IMG/VR virus record: IMGVR_UViG_3300005837_000598
Span: 1 to 62,704 of that record
Source: a virus
Taxonomy: Duplodnaviria > Caudoviricetes
Strand: one strand, 5' to 3'
DNA length: 62,704 nucleotides
In this document: one piece after another, positions 1 to 9,426 of the stretch
Layout: each line of letters begins with the position of its first letter
Position numbering within the stretch: position 1 is the stretch's first letter
Made by a program: the position numbers and the translations under genes
The notes under the pieces: model-generated
The model's input: the letters and a program-made list of their open reading frames with translations, nothing else
The model's database searches: none
Told to the model about the DNA's origin: nothing

Positions 1-26
1 GTCTTAGACGTACAAAACGAAGAGGA
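1..26. repeat. Terminal overlap copy 1 (circular contig junction)
   Basis: GTCTTAGACGTACAAAACGAAGAGGA at 1-26 is identical to 62679-62704, and the MCP reading frame continues across the join. Confidence 0.97.
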
Positions 27-1233
27 CTCGTTCCTTGACGTTATGCAGGCATTAGGAAAACTAAAGCCATGTTCACAGCCTGTATACCATGCATTCGTAA
101 ACGAGGCATTATACAAGGACAATACAGTAACAATTTCTGAGGCAGGATCAGGTACAGGCAAGCAGTCTGACATTACTTGCTCTTCAACAGGAAATGCAAG
201 AGTTGGTGACTTGATGATGGGTGTTTCAGGAAACATCTATTTGATTACAGCAATTGATGCTACAGCAGGTATCACTTTTGTACCAGTTGATGGTGCAGGT
301 GTTGCAACTGACTATGATGCAAGTGGAGACAAATTTGTTGTTTTCTCTAACGCACAAGGTGAAGGTTCTGGTTCTCCAGATCCAATCAAGTACGGATTGA
401 CTAAGCAGTCAAACAGAGTACAAATCTTTAAAAACAAATACAGAATCTCTGATGTTGCTAAAGCATCTAAAGTGACTGTTGAGTATAAAGGTAAGCCTTA
501 TTTCATGTACAAAGGAACTTACGAGGCACTACAAAGATTTAGAGGTGATATCTCTAACGCTTTAATGTTTGGTAAAGGATCAGGTGATTTCTACGCAGGA
601 GCATCTGTAGGTGACATGAACATTGGTGGAAACGCTGTTCAGACTACTAATGGTCTTAGAGAAGAGTTGAAGGCAGGTGGTATCCTAACATCAGGATCTC
701 CTTACGGATACGCTACATCAGTATTGGCTACACTATCTAATCTTACTGCTGCTTTAAACAAAGCAAGAGCACCAAAAGATTACTGGATGTGGGTTGGTAC
801 TAGTGCTAATATCAAAATTGATGATGCTTTAAACAACCTAAATGGTGGTTTAACTGGAGCAAGATTCAATGTAGATGGTAAGGAAATTGACTTAGGTATT
901 GACAAGTTTAGCCTATACGGAAGAACTTGGAACAAGAAACAAATGTCAATTCTTGATCACAATGAATTAGGTTCTACAGTTACTGGATCTGGTGAAATTT
1001 ACCTTGTACCAACTGGTCAAGTTAAAACAGCAGGTGGTGGTGGATCGCAAGACTACTTACAAGTACGTTACTTAGAAGGAGATGGAAACAACTTTTCTTT
1101 CAGAGAAACTCTTACAGGTGGTTTAGCACCAACTCCAACTAGTGCTGATGCAATTCTAGACGTAAACTATCAAGCCATTATGGGACTTGAAGTTTTAGGT
1201 AAAGAGCATTGTGCACTTGTTACAGGATTCTAA
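1..1233 (+). CDS. Major capsid protein, 3' part (full gene 62601..62678 joined to 1..1233, about 436 aa)
   Basis: Frame is open from ATG 62601 through the junction into the 396-aa ORF. It follows portal and scaffold genes, has capsid-like segments (NRVQIFKNKYRIS, ALMFGKG, TTNGLRE) and is followed by a strong terminator. Confidence 0.85.
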   Translation, partial: VLDVQNEEDSFLDVMQALGKLKPCSQPVYHAFVNEALYKDNTVTISEAGSGTGKQSDITCSSTGNARVGDLMMGVSGNIYLITAIDATAGITFVPVDGAGVATDYDASGDKFVVFSNAQGEGSGSPDPIKYGLTKQSNRVQIFKNKYRISDVAKASKVTVEYKGKPYFMYKGTYEALQRFRGDISNALMFGKGSGDFYAGASVGDMNIGGNAVQTTNGLREELKAGGILTSGSPYGYATSVLATLSNLTAALNKARAPKDYWMWVGTSANIKIDDALNNLNGGLTGARFNVDGKEIDLGIDKFSLYGRTWNKKQMSILDHNELGSTVTGSGEIYLVPTGQVKTAGGGGSQDYLQVRYLEGDGNNFSFRETLTGGLAPTPTSADAILDVNYQAIMGLEVLGKEHCALVTGF

Positions 1234-1252
1234 GAATCTTTTATAAACCTTA

Positions 1253-1285
1253 GAAGGGGGGAGTTAACCCTCCCCTCTTTTTTTT
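1253..1285 (+). terminator. Rho-independent terminator after MCP
   Basis: GGGGAG-loop-CTCCCC stem followed by a T-tract. Confidence 0.85.
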
Positions 1286-1300
1286 AAAAAACAACTTATT

Positions 1301-2122
1301 ATGATTAAAACAAAAGAATATAACAATTACAAAAACCCTCCACAACTCAAAAGAGATGAAGTGAAGGTTTTTCAATACTTAAACGTAAAACCAGATCCTA
1401 ATAACAAAGGACAGGTAATCATGCCTTCAATGGCTTTTATGCCTGAAGTAGACAGGGTTTACGATCAACAAAATGACGAGTATATAGATATAGCAAATAT
1501 TAAAGCACTAGGCGTTGGTGGTAAGCCAATTATTGAACCTGTTGCTTTTAGTAAAAGAACTCAAGGTAAAATGTTACTAAGAGGGAATAAAACAGGAGAT
1601 AGAGAAATCTTTCAATACTTAATGTTATCTAACTATAACAAGTCAAATCCAAACAGGGATACATCAGTAGTTCCTTTGTTTGAACTTATAGAACCTGCTA
1701 AGACAGCAAAAGAATCCAGAGATCAAAGAACACTTAGAAGAGATGCAATGAATGTTGCAGCAGAATTAAGTGCAGCAGAAGTGAGAGAATTTATTTCATC
1801 AATGAATAAAGATGCTACAAGAGATATGTCTATTCTTAGAGATGAAATTGAGGTGATGGCTGAAAAAGATCCTAAAGGATTTATAAAACTTAGTAAGGAT
1901 AAAAATAAATCTATTCAGGCCAATTGTAAATTAGCAATTGATAAAAAGATTATTGAGTTCGATAAGAAAACTAGTTCCTTCTTATGGGTAGGAACAGGCG
2001 AGACAATCGTAACAGTACCAAGATCTTCCAAATCAAGTTATTTGCAGGGGTTCACCAACTTTGTTTTGAGTAACAAAAATGGGGAATCAGTTTACCAAGA
2101 AGTCGTAAAATTGCTTAAATAA
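1301..2122 (+). CDS. Hypothetical protein downstream of MCP (head assembly?)
   Basis: 273-aa ORF with A-rich leader, in the position directly after MCP. Confidence 0.7.
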   Translation: MIKTKEYNNYKNPPQLKRDEVKVFQYLNVKPDPNNKGQVIMPSMAFMPEVDRVYDQQNDEYIDIANIKALGVGGKPIIEPVAFSKRTQGKMLLRGNKTGDREIFQYLMLSNYNKSNPNRDTSVVPLFELIEPAKTAKESRDQRTLRRDAMNVAAELSAAEVREFISSMNKDATRDMSILRDEIEVMAEKDPKGFIKLSKDKNKSIQANCKLAIDKKIIEFDKKTSSFLWVGTGETIVTVPRSSKSSYLQGFTNFVLSNKNGESVYQEVVKLLK

Positions 2123-2142
2123 TTTGTTGTTGGTTTGTTTTG

Positions 2143-2185
2143 AAAGTCGGCCAAGGTAATTATTGCTAAGGTCGACTTTTTTTTT
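2143..2185 (+). terminator. Rho-independent terminator
   Basis: AAAGTCGGCC...GGTCGACTTT stem plus T-tract. Confidence 0.75.
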
Positions 2186-2193
2186 CTAGAAAT

Positions 2194-3399
2194 ATGGGCA
2201 CATTCAAAAATGGGACAACAGAAGTCTCGATAGATTATAGCGTACAATTTGACCTTACCTCATCTCCTAAAATGTTGGTAACGGATAACTCTACCTATAC
2301 AGGAAGTAATGCAGGTTTAGAGATAAGAATTAAAATAACCAGGCCAGATGGAATTATTAGAGATTATGATGAAGGCGTAGATATTGACAATTCACTCAAT
2401 ACGTTTGAGTGGTTATTGCCTTTATCTCCTAATGATGGTAAAGTATCTGAAGGTTCTTATAAAATAGAATACGCTTTATCTGTGGGCACAGGTACAACTC
2501 CAGTAGTTGTAACAAAAACAATTGATTTTGATTTTAGTTACATAACACTAACCACTAGTCAGGAGATTAATGAATTTACTCCAGAAGTAAAAATAATAGA
2601 TACTACCCCAAATTATACTGTGACAAACTACAATGCCACAAAAATAACAAGAACTTTCTCTACTAGTAATTCTATATCTGAATCAACAATACCTAATAAG
2701 AGTTCTACAGATAATGAACTTGTAGACAGAACTCATAATATAGTAGATAGCAATGGTAATTATTATGACACCCAATATTCTAACACATTAGAGGTTGAGG
2801 TTGATCATGTACACGCAACTTATTCTTGGTTTACAGTAAAAGTAAAGGCATTAAAAACAGAAACAATTCATGTGTATACTGTTCCTACTCGAATAGAGAT
2901 GTTGTCTTATTTTGATACATTAAGAAATTTAATGGAAACCTATGAGGGTTACAATTCAAACCTTTACAATGGTTATAAAAAAGATTATGAGTTTGTTATA
3001 TCAAGCCATAAACACCTTGTTGATAGAATTAATAACTCTAAACTTGGTCAAGACACAACAGAAATATTAAGAGACATCCTTGATATTATAAGAAAAAACG
3101 TACCAAGAGAACACACTAATTCTGTAATAGGATCAGTAGATATTAAAATATACGCACCACCAGTAGATTATGCATCTATTAGTAATATTCCACGATACAA
3201 TCCCTTTGAGACTTATGAGAAAACTTTTCCAACTCCAGGGTTAGAATGGGAGATAGTTCATAGTTTAAATAAGAAACCAACTGTTACACTTGTTGACGAC
3301 TATGAAAATATTGTGTATGGTGCTGTAGAATATGTAAATTTGAACATTATTAAAATAACATTCACAAGTACAACCTCTGGGAAGGTTTACTTAAATTAA
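2194..3399 (+). CDS. Virion structural protein, probable fibre-docking protein
   Basis: Beta-rich 401 aa. Its C-terminal WEIVHSLNKKPTV small beta domain resembles the C-terminus of the next ORF. Confidence 0.6.
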   Translation: MGTFKNGTTEVSIDYSVQFDLTSSPKMLVTDNSTYTGSNAGLEIRIKITRPDGIIRDYDEGVDIDNSLNTFEWLLPLSPNDGKVSEGSYKIEYALSVGTGTTPVVVTKTIDFDFSYITLTTSQEINEFTPEVKIIDTTPNYTVTNYNATKITRTFSTSNSISESTIPNKSSTDNELVDRTHNIVDSNGNYYDTQYSNTLEVEVDHVHATYSWFTVKVKALKTETIHVYTVPTRIEMLSYFDTLRNLMETYEGYNSNLYNGYKKDYEFVISSHKHLVDRINNSKLGQDTTEILRDILDIIRKNVPREHTNSVIGSVDIKIYAPPVDYASISNIPRYNPFETYEKTFPTPGLEWEIVHSLNKKPTVTLVDDYENIVYGAVEYVNLNIIKITFTSTTSGKVYLN

Positions 3400-3408
3400 A
3401 AAAAAATT

Positions 3409-4545
3409 ATGGCTATAGATTTTTTACATCATATTAACCTGAATGAGAACCAGATTAAAAGTGTTGTTCTTGACAATATGTCGAAAACAAACTTTGATAA
3501 GTTAACTGGTGTAAAAGGTCAGGTAGTATTTCAATCAACAGACAACAAGTTTAAGTTCTATGATGGTTCTACATGGATTACTTTAGGAGAGTTGTCATCA
3601 ACAGACATTAGAAAAATGTTTTCTGCTACCGATGCAGGTGGCGATGGATCATTTACTTTTGACGATGCTACAGGGGTATTCACATACACAGGCCCAAGTC
3701 AGTCAGAAGTTCTAGCACATCTTTCAGGTGGGACTGGAATTACTCTTAAAACAGATGGAACAATACAATCTGATATTACTCAATATGCAGATTCAGACGT
3801 ACAGTCTTATCTAAGTGGAGGAACTGGTGTTACTATGAGTAGTTCTGGTGAGTTTTCAATTGGACAGGCAGTTGCAACAACTAGCAACGTAAAGTTTGGT
3901 AAAATTGAAGCAACATCAGACGTTACTGTTAAGGGTAATTTATCAGTTGAAGGAACTACAACTACAGTAAATCAAACACAAGTAAATGTCCAAAATGCAT
4001 TTATATTTGAAGGCTCAAAAGTAGATGGCACAACCACTACATTAGAAATTGTAGAACCAACTGCAAACAGAAAGATTTCTTTACCAGATGATGATGGTAC
4101 AATTGCTTTAACTAGTGATGTTCCATCTAATGATGCAATCAAGGCACTTGTAGGTGGAATGGTTTCTAATAATACCGAAAGTGGTATTTCAGTTTCTTAT
4201 GATTCTACTAACAAGAATTTAGATTTCGATGTTGATGATTTTACAATTACATTAACAGGTGACGTTACAGGTTCTGGAACTGTTACTAATGCAGCAGATG
4301 TATCAATCGCACTAGATACAGTAAAGAACAAGGCTTATAACACTACTGGCCCTTCAACAGCAGCAAACACATTTAATGTAGCACATAATTTAAATACCCA
4401 GAATGTGATTGTAATGTGCGTAAGAAGTGGTAAGCAAGTAATGGCAGAAGTTAGTATTATAGACAAGGACACAGTCAAAGTTAGTTTTGCAAAGAATCAA
4501 ACACAGGACAGTATTACAGTAAATATTATATCGGCTGCTGTCTAA
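3409..4545 (+). CDS. Fibre-like virion protein
   Basis: G/T/S-rich repeats (LSGGTG x2, GNLSVEGTTTTVN, LTGDVTGSG) and a C-terminal VAHNLNTQNVIV domain. Confidence 0.7.
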   Translation: MAIDFLHHINLNENQIKSVVLDNMSKTNFDKLTGVKGQVVFQSTDNKFKFYDGSTWITLGELSSTDIRKMFSATDAGGDGSFTFDDATGVFTYTGPSQSEVLAHLSGGTGITLKTDGTIQSDITQYADSDVQSYLSGGTGVTMSSSGEFSIGQAVATTSNVKFGKIEATSDVTVKGNLSVEGTTTTVNQTQVNVQNAFIFEGSKVDGTTTTLEIVEPTANRKISLPDDDGTIALTSDVPSNDAIKALVGGMVSNNTESGISVSYDSTNKNLDFDVDDFTITLTGDVTGSGTVTNAADVSIALDTVKNKAYNTTGPSTAANTFNVAHNLNTQNVIVMCVRSGKQVMAEVSIIDKDTVKVSFAKNQTQDSITVNIISAAV

Positions 4546-4559
4546 TAAAAACATAAGGC

Positions 4560-7553
4560 ATGGCTATAGAATTTCTACACTCACTAGATGTATCAGGTGA
4601 TTTACAGGTAGATGGAGCAATTAAAGACTCAGAGGGAGTTGATAAATCCAGTAACTGGAATAAGGCATATAGTTGGGGTGACCATGCAAGTGCAGGTTAT
4701 TTAACCTCAGCAGAAAATTTTTATACACAAGGTGTTACGTTTGACACAAGTAATGGTGTATTAACTATAAATGTCAAAGGTGCTACAAATCGAACAGTAG
4801 ATTTAGACGGAAGATATTTAGTTAAAACCTGGCAAGGTGGAGATGATTATTTTGCAGGACACCATTCAGAAGGTAGAACAATTGTAAATGCTTACTTAGC
4901 AAACGACCTAGCAAACCTCAGACTTAGAGGTGGATCAGTAACAGCAACTAATACTAGTTTTACAGATGCAGAGGTTGATAAAATGTTTGATGGAACTGCT
5001 GCATTTACAGGTATTCCAACATCAGACTTTGATAAAGCACCTGTAGTAATTGAAGTTGTTATACCAAGAGTATTAAGGTATGGTGCTTATGTGGGTATTG
5101 GTTTTGGTAATTCAACATGGAGATGTAAAAAAGTAAAAATAGAGGCACATAGCAATGGTGCTTGGGTTACTTGTATTGATTTAACTAATAATGCCCATGA
5201 AGATGTTTACACAAACATTCCAGGAAATAGTGCAGGAGGTACTGATAAATTTAGAATTACTCTTGATGATCCAAACAATAATGTAAGAGTTTGCCATATA
5301 TGGGCATACAATTATGATTCTAGGCTTTGGTCAGAAACAATGATGCCAAGAGCAGGTGGAACTATGTATGGTGCTTTAACTGTAAATGGCACACTTAACA
5401 GTCACACAATACCTTCAGGATCTGGCACTATTGCTTTAACAAGCGATATCCCAAGCACACCTACAGATTTTGTATCTAAAGCAAATGGTGGAGCATTTGG
5501 AGGTGATATAAGTGTGGCAGGTAATTTAATTCTTACTGGCTCTTCAAATGAAATAATTAAATCTAATGGATCTATTAGGTTAAATATAGATTCAGATAGC
5601 AATCAAACAGATAGAATATTTATAGTTTCTACTGGTTCTAATTCTGAATTATTTAGAGTAGATGAAAGTGGTAATGGAACATTTCAAGGAATACTTTCAG
5701 CAACTGGATATAATTCTGATAACTGGGACAAAGCATACGGATGGGGTGACCATGCAAGTGCAGGATATGGTTCAAGTTCTTTTGATGGAAAATATACATC
5801 TCTAACAGATGTTCCTACATCTTTTACTCCATCAGTTCATAATCATGATGGCAGGTATTTAAAATTAAATGCTAGACTTAAAGCCAATGCTGATACAATA
5901 AATCAGTCAGGAATTCATATTTGGGATGTTAGTGAGTCTACAGATAAGCCTACAGGAGCATCCGATGGGTTGTTAACCACTAAGTATTGGGATTCAGGAG
6001 ATTGGGCAGTTCAGATGTATGAGGACTTTCATCAAAGAGAAATCCATATAAGAAATAAAAGAAGTGGTGCTTGGCAATCAGACTGGGCACAAGTTCATAC
6101 AACAGATAACTTTTCTACAAGCGATGTTTCTAAGGGTGTTACTGCTCATGGTTGGGGTAACCATGCTAATGGAGGGTATTTAAAATCATACACAGAATCA
6201 TCAACACTAGAAGATGTTCGTAATAGAGGTAATGGTATATCAGGTGTAATTAATTTTACTCCAGATACTGGAGATATATTGCAGGTAGATGGTCAAGTAA
6301 TACTTAAAAGAACCACAGCAAATGGTGGAATAACTATTGGTCATGATGATTCAATAATTATTGCAGGTGGTGATACATCAGGGACATTAAATTCCAATAT
6401 TAATAATGCAAACGAGACTGTATATATAGGTGCTGAAGGTGGTATGGAAGTGTACGCTTTCCCAGATAATTTAACTGGAGGATGGGCTGCAAGAAAGACC
6501 TGGAAATTCTCTAACACAGGTGATACTACATTCCCAGGAAAACTTTATCCGACTGCTCAGTCTACTCATTTTGTAGATAGCACCAGAATACAAAATTGGC
6601 AAACAGCCTATGGTTGGGGTGACCACTCAAGTGCAGGATATATAAAATCTGTTACTAATGTATCAGGATACTCAGGAACTCTACTTAGGTCAGATAACAG
6701 AGTAATCAGTCCTTCTGAAGAAACAGCAGGTAGATTAAAGTTTGGATTCACCTCATGGACTAATGATAACAAAGCACCATACGCAGACTTTTTACATTTA
6801 AGAAGTTATACCGACTCTTCAGGAGGTAATGACAACTTGGTAATGTTTAAGAAAGGTGGTATCGGAATGAGGATCTGGCAGCAAGGTTTTGGTTCAACAG
6901 ATGCTTATTCAAACTATGTAGATGTTTGGACTACAGGAGACTTTAACTCCACTACCAAAAGTAACTGGGATACAGCATACGGATGGGGAGATCACGCAGC
7001 AGCAGGATATGTATCAAGATCAAAACCTACAAAACCTGAAATAACATCTAAAATAGTAAACGACACTATTGAGGTAACAATAACAGCATCAACCACATCA
7101 AACATTGATCAATACTTAGTGTTTAGTTCAGTAGTAGGATCTGATTTTGGATTAATATCTGTTATTCCTCCAGAAGACTTTTCAGCAACTATGTCTATTA
7201 TAGATTCCTCTTTTGATTTAGAAGGTAAAATAGATTATAGGGTTTATGCTGTTAAGAATGGGGTTTACTCTGATGCATCAACTACATCTCAAACTTATGA
7301 TGCAGGAACTCTTGAGCCAACAAATGTTAGTGTAATTCCAATGAACGAGGCATTTTATGTTCAATGGGATGAGCCATCTTCCAATACAAGGTTTGTAAAA
7401 AATTATAAATTATATCATGACAGCCATGATGTAGAAGGCTCTTTAGGTAGAAATAATGCGACATTAATATATTCAGGTAAAAGACTGAGTCATATGATAG
7501 CATCAAGTGATTCTAAGTTTAATAAGTTTTGGGTAGAAATTGAAGTATCGTAA
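4560..7553 (+). CDS. Modular tail fibre protein 1
   Basis: 997 aa with five WG[D/N]H linker repeats and FN3-like C-terminal segments. Confidence 0.8.
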   Translation: MAIEFLHSLDVSGDLQVDGAIKDSEGVDKSSNWNKAYSWGDHASAGYLTSAENFYTQGVTFDTSNGVLTINVKGATNRTVDLDGRYLVKTWQGGDDYFAGHHSEGRTIVNAYLANDLANLRLRGGSVTATNTSFTDAEVDKMFDGTAAFTGIPTSDFDKAPVVIEVVIPRVLRYGAYVGIGFGNSTWRCKKVKIEAHSNGAWVTCIDLTNNAHEDVYTNIPGNSAGGTDKFRITLDDPNNNVRVCHIWAYNYDSRLWSETMMPRAGGTMYGALTVNGTLNSHTIPSGSGTIALTSDIPSTPTDFVSKANGGAFGGDISVAGNLILTGSSNEIIKSNGSIRLNIDSDSNQTDRIFIVSTGSNSELFRVDESGNGTFQGILSATGYNSDNWDKAYGWGDHASAGYGSSSFDGKYTSLTDVPTSFTPSVHNHDGRYLKLNARLKANADTINQSGIHIWDVSESTDKPTGASDGLLTTKYWDSGDWAVQMYEDFHQREIHIRNKRSGAWQSDWAQVHTTDNFSTSDVSKGVTAHGWGNHANGGYLKSYTESSTLEDVRNRGNGISGVINFTPDTGDILQVDGQVILKRTTANGGITIGHDDSIIIAGGDTSGTLNSNINNANETVYIGAEGGMEVYAFPDNLTGGWAARKTWKFSNTGDTTFPGKLYPTAQSTHFVDSTRIQNWQTAYGWGDHSSAGYIKSVTNVSGYSGTLLRSDNRVISPSEETAGRLKFGFTSWTNDNKAPYADFLHLRSYTDSSGGNDNLVMFKKGGIGMRIWQQGFGSTDAYSNYVDVWTTGDFNSTTKSNWDTAYGWGDHAAAGYVSRSKPTKPEITSKIVNDTIEVTITASTTSNIDQYLVFSSVVGSDFGLISVIPPEDFSATMSIIDSSFDLEGKIDYRVYAVKNGVYSDASTTSQTYDAGTLEPTNVSVIPMNEAFYVQWDEPSSNTRFVKNYKLYHDSHDVEGSLGRNNATLIYSGKRLSHMIASSDSKFNKFWVEIEVS

Positions 7554-7714
7554 TGAAAGGAGAAAACTTAACATATTGGAAGTGGGTTTTAGGTCAAAGA
7601 GAAAAAGATTTAGAATTAGAAATAAATAGAGAGTTACCAGACGATTATCATATAAAATTGATAAAATCTGAAATACAAGAGGCAACAGAAAAAATAAAAG
7701 AATTAAGTGTTTAA
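7553..7714 (+). CDS. Small 53-aa protein (MKGENLTYWKWVLGQREK...), not in the ORF track
   Basis: ATG overlaps the upstream TAA (TAATG), the frame is open to TAA at 7712-7714, and it fills the gap. Confidence 0.65.
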   Translation: MKGENLTYWKWVLGQREKDLELEINRELPDDYHIKLIKSEIQEATEKIKELSV

Positions 7715-9425
7715 ATCAGTCAACATAGAAAGAGGAAATATCTTGGACATCCATGGTGCAGGGATGAATGATTATAATGGTCAGAATGCAATACTACCTG
7801 TTTTTAAAGGTGGATATAACAACACCGTTACTAATAGTAGTTCTGGAGAGTATGATGGTGGAGACAGGGTAATTGGTTTCCCTAATGGTTACGAGGTTGA
7901 TGGTGATTTATTATTTACAGCAGGTTGGGGTGATGGATTTGCCGTCAGAAGACTAAATAACGATGGATCTCTTACTAAAATATTTCACGACAATAACTTT
8001 CTTTATAGAGACACAAGCATCACATATAACCATATGCAGTCTGTAGCAATAGACACTATAAACAAGATAGGTGTACAAATGACATACAATGTTGATGGAT
8101 ACACAACATTTGATTATAGTGGTTGTATGAATGGTGGAACAACATTTGTAAAAGATCCTAGACCAACTCACGCTAACCCACAAAGATTTATAAATGAAGG
8201 AGGAATGAACCTTTCTTCAGCAGGTCTTTATTACACAAGTGGTTTAGTATGTGCAGGTGAGTGGTTTTATTTAGGTGAGTATGATGCAAGACATTATCAA
8301 AAATACCCTAGGAGAAATTTAAAAACAGGTGTAGAGCAAATATTGACATGGGAAAACTATGGTAAGCCTGGAACTGCAAATGATGACAGGAATGGATATA
8401 GACATACATTATTTTATGATGAGGTAAATGATAGAGTTTTTTATTGTTCTTATTACAATGCAAACTTTATGATGATAGAAAAAGCATCTACAGATAATCC
8501 ACAGTTAGTTTGGTGTGATTTAGGTGATGCAGGAATGGGTGATGATGGATATGAAATGGGATTACATATTCCTGATATGTCTAAGCCGAATCAATTCTGG
8601 GTAGGCTCTAACACTAAAATTGTGTTTATAGATGTTACGCCATGCCAAACAGGAGGTACACCAACTGTACTTAAAAATATTAGTGTTAATTCATCTGACA
8701 ATGTTGTAACAGATAGTTTGTTTAGGTTTGGATATAAGTATCAAAAAACATCAGGAACTCCTATGAATAAAGATCCTGAGTTTCCAGAGTATCTAGTAAC
8801 TCATCCAGATAGAGGTTGGAATAGAAACCGAGGGTGGGTAGATCAAGAAAACAACAAAACACCATTGTTTGGTAGGCACAACAATATAACCGAAGATACA
8901 GATAATAGAGGAAGATCAATAAGGATGGATTATGGATGTCCTATGGTATTAATGTCATCTGCCAACGGAACTAAGTATTGGGTTAATGTGGGGTATTCTT
9001 ATGATGGGCATAGATTTATGGTTTATCCAGAGTCAACTAAACCTCAGCAGTTAATAGGTAATTGGAATGTAGAGTTTGGAACATATACATTAAACAATGA
9101 TGCAAATATAGATTTAGCATTTTTAGCAAATTCAGGTGAATTCTATATACCTTCAGGGTGCACATTAACATTTTATGTTTCTAACAATAATGGAAGTAGT
9201 TGGGAAACATATAATCAAAACTCTGATACTGCTCATGTGTTTACTACAACTGGAAATAAGTTAAGAGTAAAACTAGTAGCAACAGGACATGGCAACAAAG
9301 CACCTTACTATTTAGGGATGAAGGGTAAGATGATCGCTATGTATGGAACTATGCATAGTGCAGCAAAGGATTCATCAATTAAATTTAAAATACCAAGAAA
9401 GCGTTTAAGAGGAAAAAAGAAATAA
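7707..9425 (+). CDS. Putative receptor-binding / beta-propeller-like virion protein
   Basis: 572 aa, G/D/Y/W-rich beta strands, within the fibre cluster, GTG start. Confidence 0.55.
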   Translation: MFKSVNIERGNILDIHGAGMNDYNGQNAILPVFKGGYNNTVTNSSSGEYDGGDRVIGFPNGYEVDGDLLFTAGWGDGFAVRRLNNDGSLTKIFHDNNFLYRDTSITYNHMQSVAIDTINKIGVQMTYNVDGYTTFDYSGCMNGGTTFVKDPRPTHANPQRFINEGGMNLSSAGLYYTSGLVCAGEWFYLGEYDARHYQKYPRRNLKTGVEQILTWENYGKPGTANDDRNGYRHTLFYDEVNDRVFYCSYYNANFMMIEKASTDNPQLVWCDLGDAGMGDDGYEMGLHIPDMSKPNQFWVGSNTKIVFIDVTPCQTGGTPTVLKNISVNSSDNVVTDSLFRFGYKYQKTSGTPMNKDPEFPEYLVTHPDRGWNRNRGWVDQENNKTPLFGRHNNITEDTDNRGRSIRMDYGCPMVLMSSANGTKYWVNVGYSYDGHRFMVYPESTKPQQLIGNWNVEFGTYTLNNDANIDLAFLANSGEFYIPSGCTLTFYVSNNNGSSWETYNQNSDTAHVFTTTGNKLRVKLVATGHGNKAPYYLGMKGKMIAMYGTMHSAAKDSSIKFKIPRKRLRGKKK

Positions 9426-9426
9426 A